A DNA stretch of 40,000 bases from Dehalococcoidia bacterium. GTDB lineage: Bacteria; Chloroflexota; Dehalococcoidia; Lucifugimonadales; UBA1123. Of the stretch, positions 39,138-40,000 are shown one piece after another. The position numbers were made by a program, and so were the translations under genes. The stretch spans positions 97,807-137,806 of the forward strand of contig OZ244564.1 in NCBI GenBank assembly GCA_965217725.1, in the 5' to 3' direction. Positions within the stretch are counted from its first letter, which is position 1, and each line of letters begins with the position of its first letter. The notes under the pieces were generated by a model. That model had not been told where the DNA came from and ran no database searches. It saw only the letters and a program-made list of their open reading frames with translations.

Positions 39138-40000
39138 GCTGAACCTCCTAGATATTCATCTATAACATTTCTTATTTCTTGTTCAATGTGAAGTCTTTCC
39201 GATCTGATGTCAGTCGACTTCCAGTCATATGGTGCAATCACATAGAGAGTATTTGAGTATGGCAGTTGGCCCACAACCAACTCGTCGTATGCATCCATAG
39301 TTTGGGTTTCACCATATCGATCGCTGACCATTATAGCTTCTGGATCCAATGTGTTTGGAGCTTGGTAGGCTGGATTTTTGACGTCCTTCACCTCCACAAT
39401 TACTTCCCAAGGCTCACATCCTATCCGATTTGCGATCAGCTCTTGCAGTTTTTGGCGTCTTTGAGAACTTCCGCTGGATTCCCGTACTAGGCTTGCATAT
39501 TGAGATCTTAAAAGGGGGTTAGAGATCTCTTGCTTGTTAATCCGTATTCTTGCCAGTTGTTTATAGAGGCGCCGAGAATCAAGTCTGTCGTAGATACTTT
39601 TTGGTCTGCGTAATTTGCAATTTATTAAGGAAGTAATTAGTCGGTCATCGTGGTATGTGACGTAATTCTGACAAAAGTCAGGGGACCCATCATATTCGTA
39701 TAGATCTTTAATTTCATTTAGACCATCTTCAATGGCTAATTCTAGCCCTCTAACTATCATATAGTCAGTTATCACGCGAATCCTGTGAGCATACACTTGG
39801 TGACTCATGTGATGTTTGGCAAGAATGAGTTGCTCAGTTGCAAATATTCCCGACTCATCAATGCCTAGATAAGTCTGGCCGCCCCAGGAGATGAATGCAA
39901 ACGAATCATAAATCTTTTCGAGGTCGAAAGCTCCGTACTGGACACCCGTAAAGTGGCCATCGCGGGTAAGATAGTCAATTTTGTCAGCATCCAAGTCACT
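39134..40000 (-). CDS. HD-domain phosphohydrolase, SAMHD1/dGTPase-like (COG1078-like), 5'-truncated by the window edge
   Basis: 'DADKIDYLTRDGHFTGVQYG' is the D-x-x-DYL-x-RD motif of SAMHD1-type HD enzymes. The reading frame stays open to position 40000, so the N-terminal HD core lies outside the window. Confidence 0.6.
   Translation of the reverse strand, partial: SDLDADKIDYLTRDGHFTGVQYGAFDLEKIYDSFAFISWGGQTYLGIDESGIFATEQLILAKHHMSHQVYAHRIRVITDYMIVRGLELAIEDGLNEIKDLYEYDGSPDFCQNYVTYHDDRLITSLINCKLRRPKSIYDRLDSRRLYKQLARIRINKQEISNPLLRSQYASLVRESSGSSQRRQKLQELIANRIGCEPWEVIVEVKDVKNPAYQAPNTLDPEAIMVSDRYGETQTMDAYDELVVGQLPYSNTLYVIAPYDWKSTDIRSERLHIEQEIRNVIDEYLGGSA

Noticed and set aside
1-40000. Search for rRNA, tRNA, integrase, transposase or prophage structural genes that would explain the AT-rich islets.
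   Set aside because: None was recognised on either strand. The islets are therefore reported as compositional islands without a defined mobility mechanism.

Overview
High-GC (sampled 60-nt lines about 63-65% G+C) bacterial chromosomal segment. The gene content (several acyl-CoA dehydrogenase paralogues, a Firmicute-type DnaB/DnaD/DnaI-like primosome, abundant REP-like palindromes) weakly suggests Chloroflexota, but this is unverified. Core genes: a K+ channel::flavin-reductase fusion, a family-5 ABC binding protein with two permeases, moeA, ilvE, PAP2, HIT, rplI-dnaB-dnaD-like-dnaC-like, Fic, RNase D, a molybdopterin oxidoreductase large subunit, an MA-clan metalloprotease, SMP-30, a Rieske fusion, EndoQ, SulP and three ACADs. 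Several AT-richer islets (sampled lines about 37-47% G+C) carry conflict-type genes and no integrase or transposase. (i) 13.1-15.5 kb holds an ART-fold-like protein, a nucleoside-deoxyribosyltransferase-like::XRE-HTH fusion and an ImmA/IrrE peptidase, inserted in the replication operon; this is my best candidate for an undescribed system. (ii) 21.2-22.8 kb holds DUF262 plus a HEPN protein. (iii) 36.7-37.4 kb holds MntA/HepT. (iv) 38.6-40.0 kb holds a SAMHD1-like HD protein plus a Panacea-like partner, cut by the window edge. Intergenic regions carry modular palindromic repeats: a MITE-like 270-bp element with an 8-bp flanking duplication, a perfect 81-bp direct repeat pair 8 kb apart (each followed by TTGACA-N15-GATAAT), and a 27-nt hairpin found both intergenically and in frame inside a CDS. 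No rRNA, tRNA or CRISPR array was recognised. All homology calls rest on motif reading by eye, not on searches.
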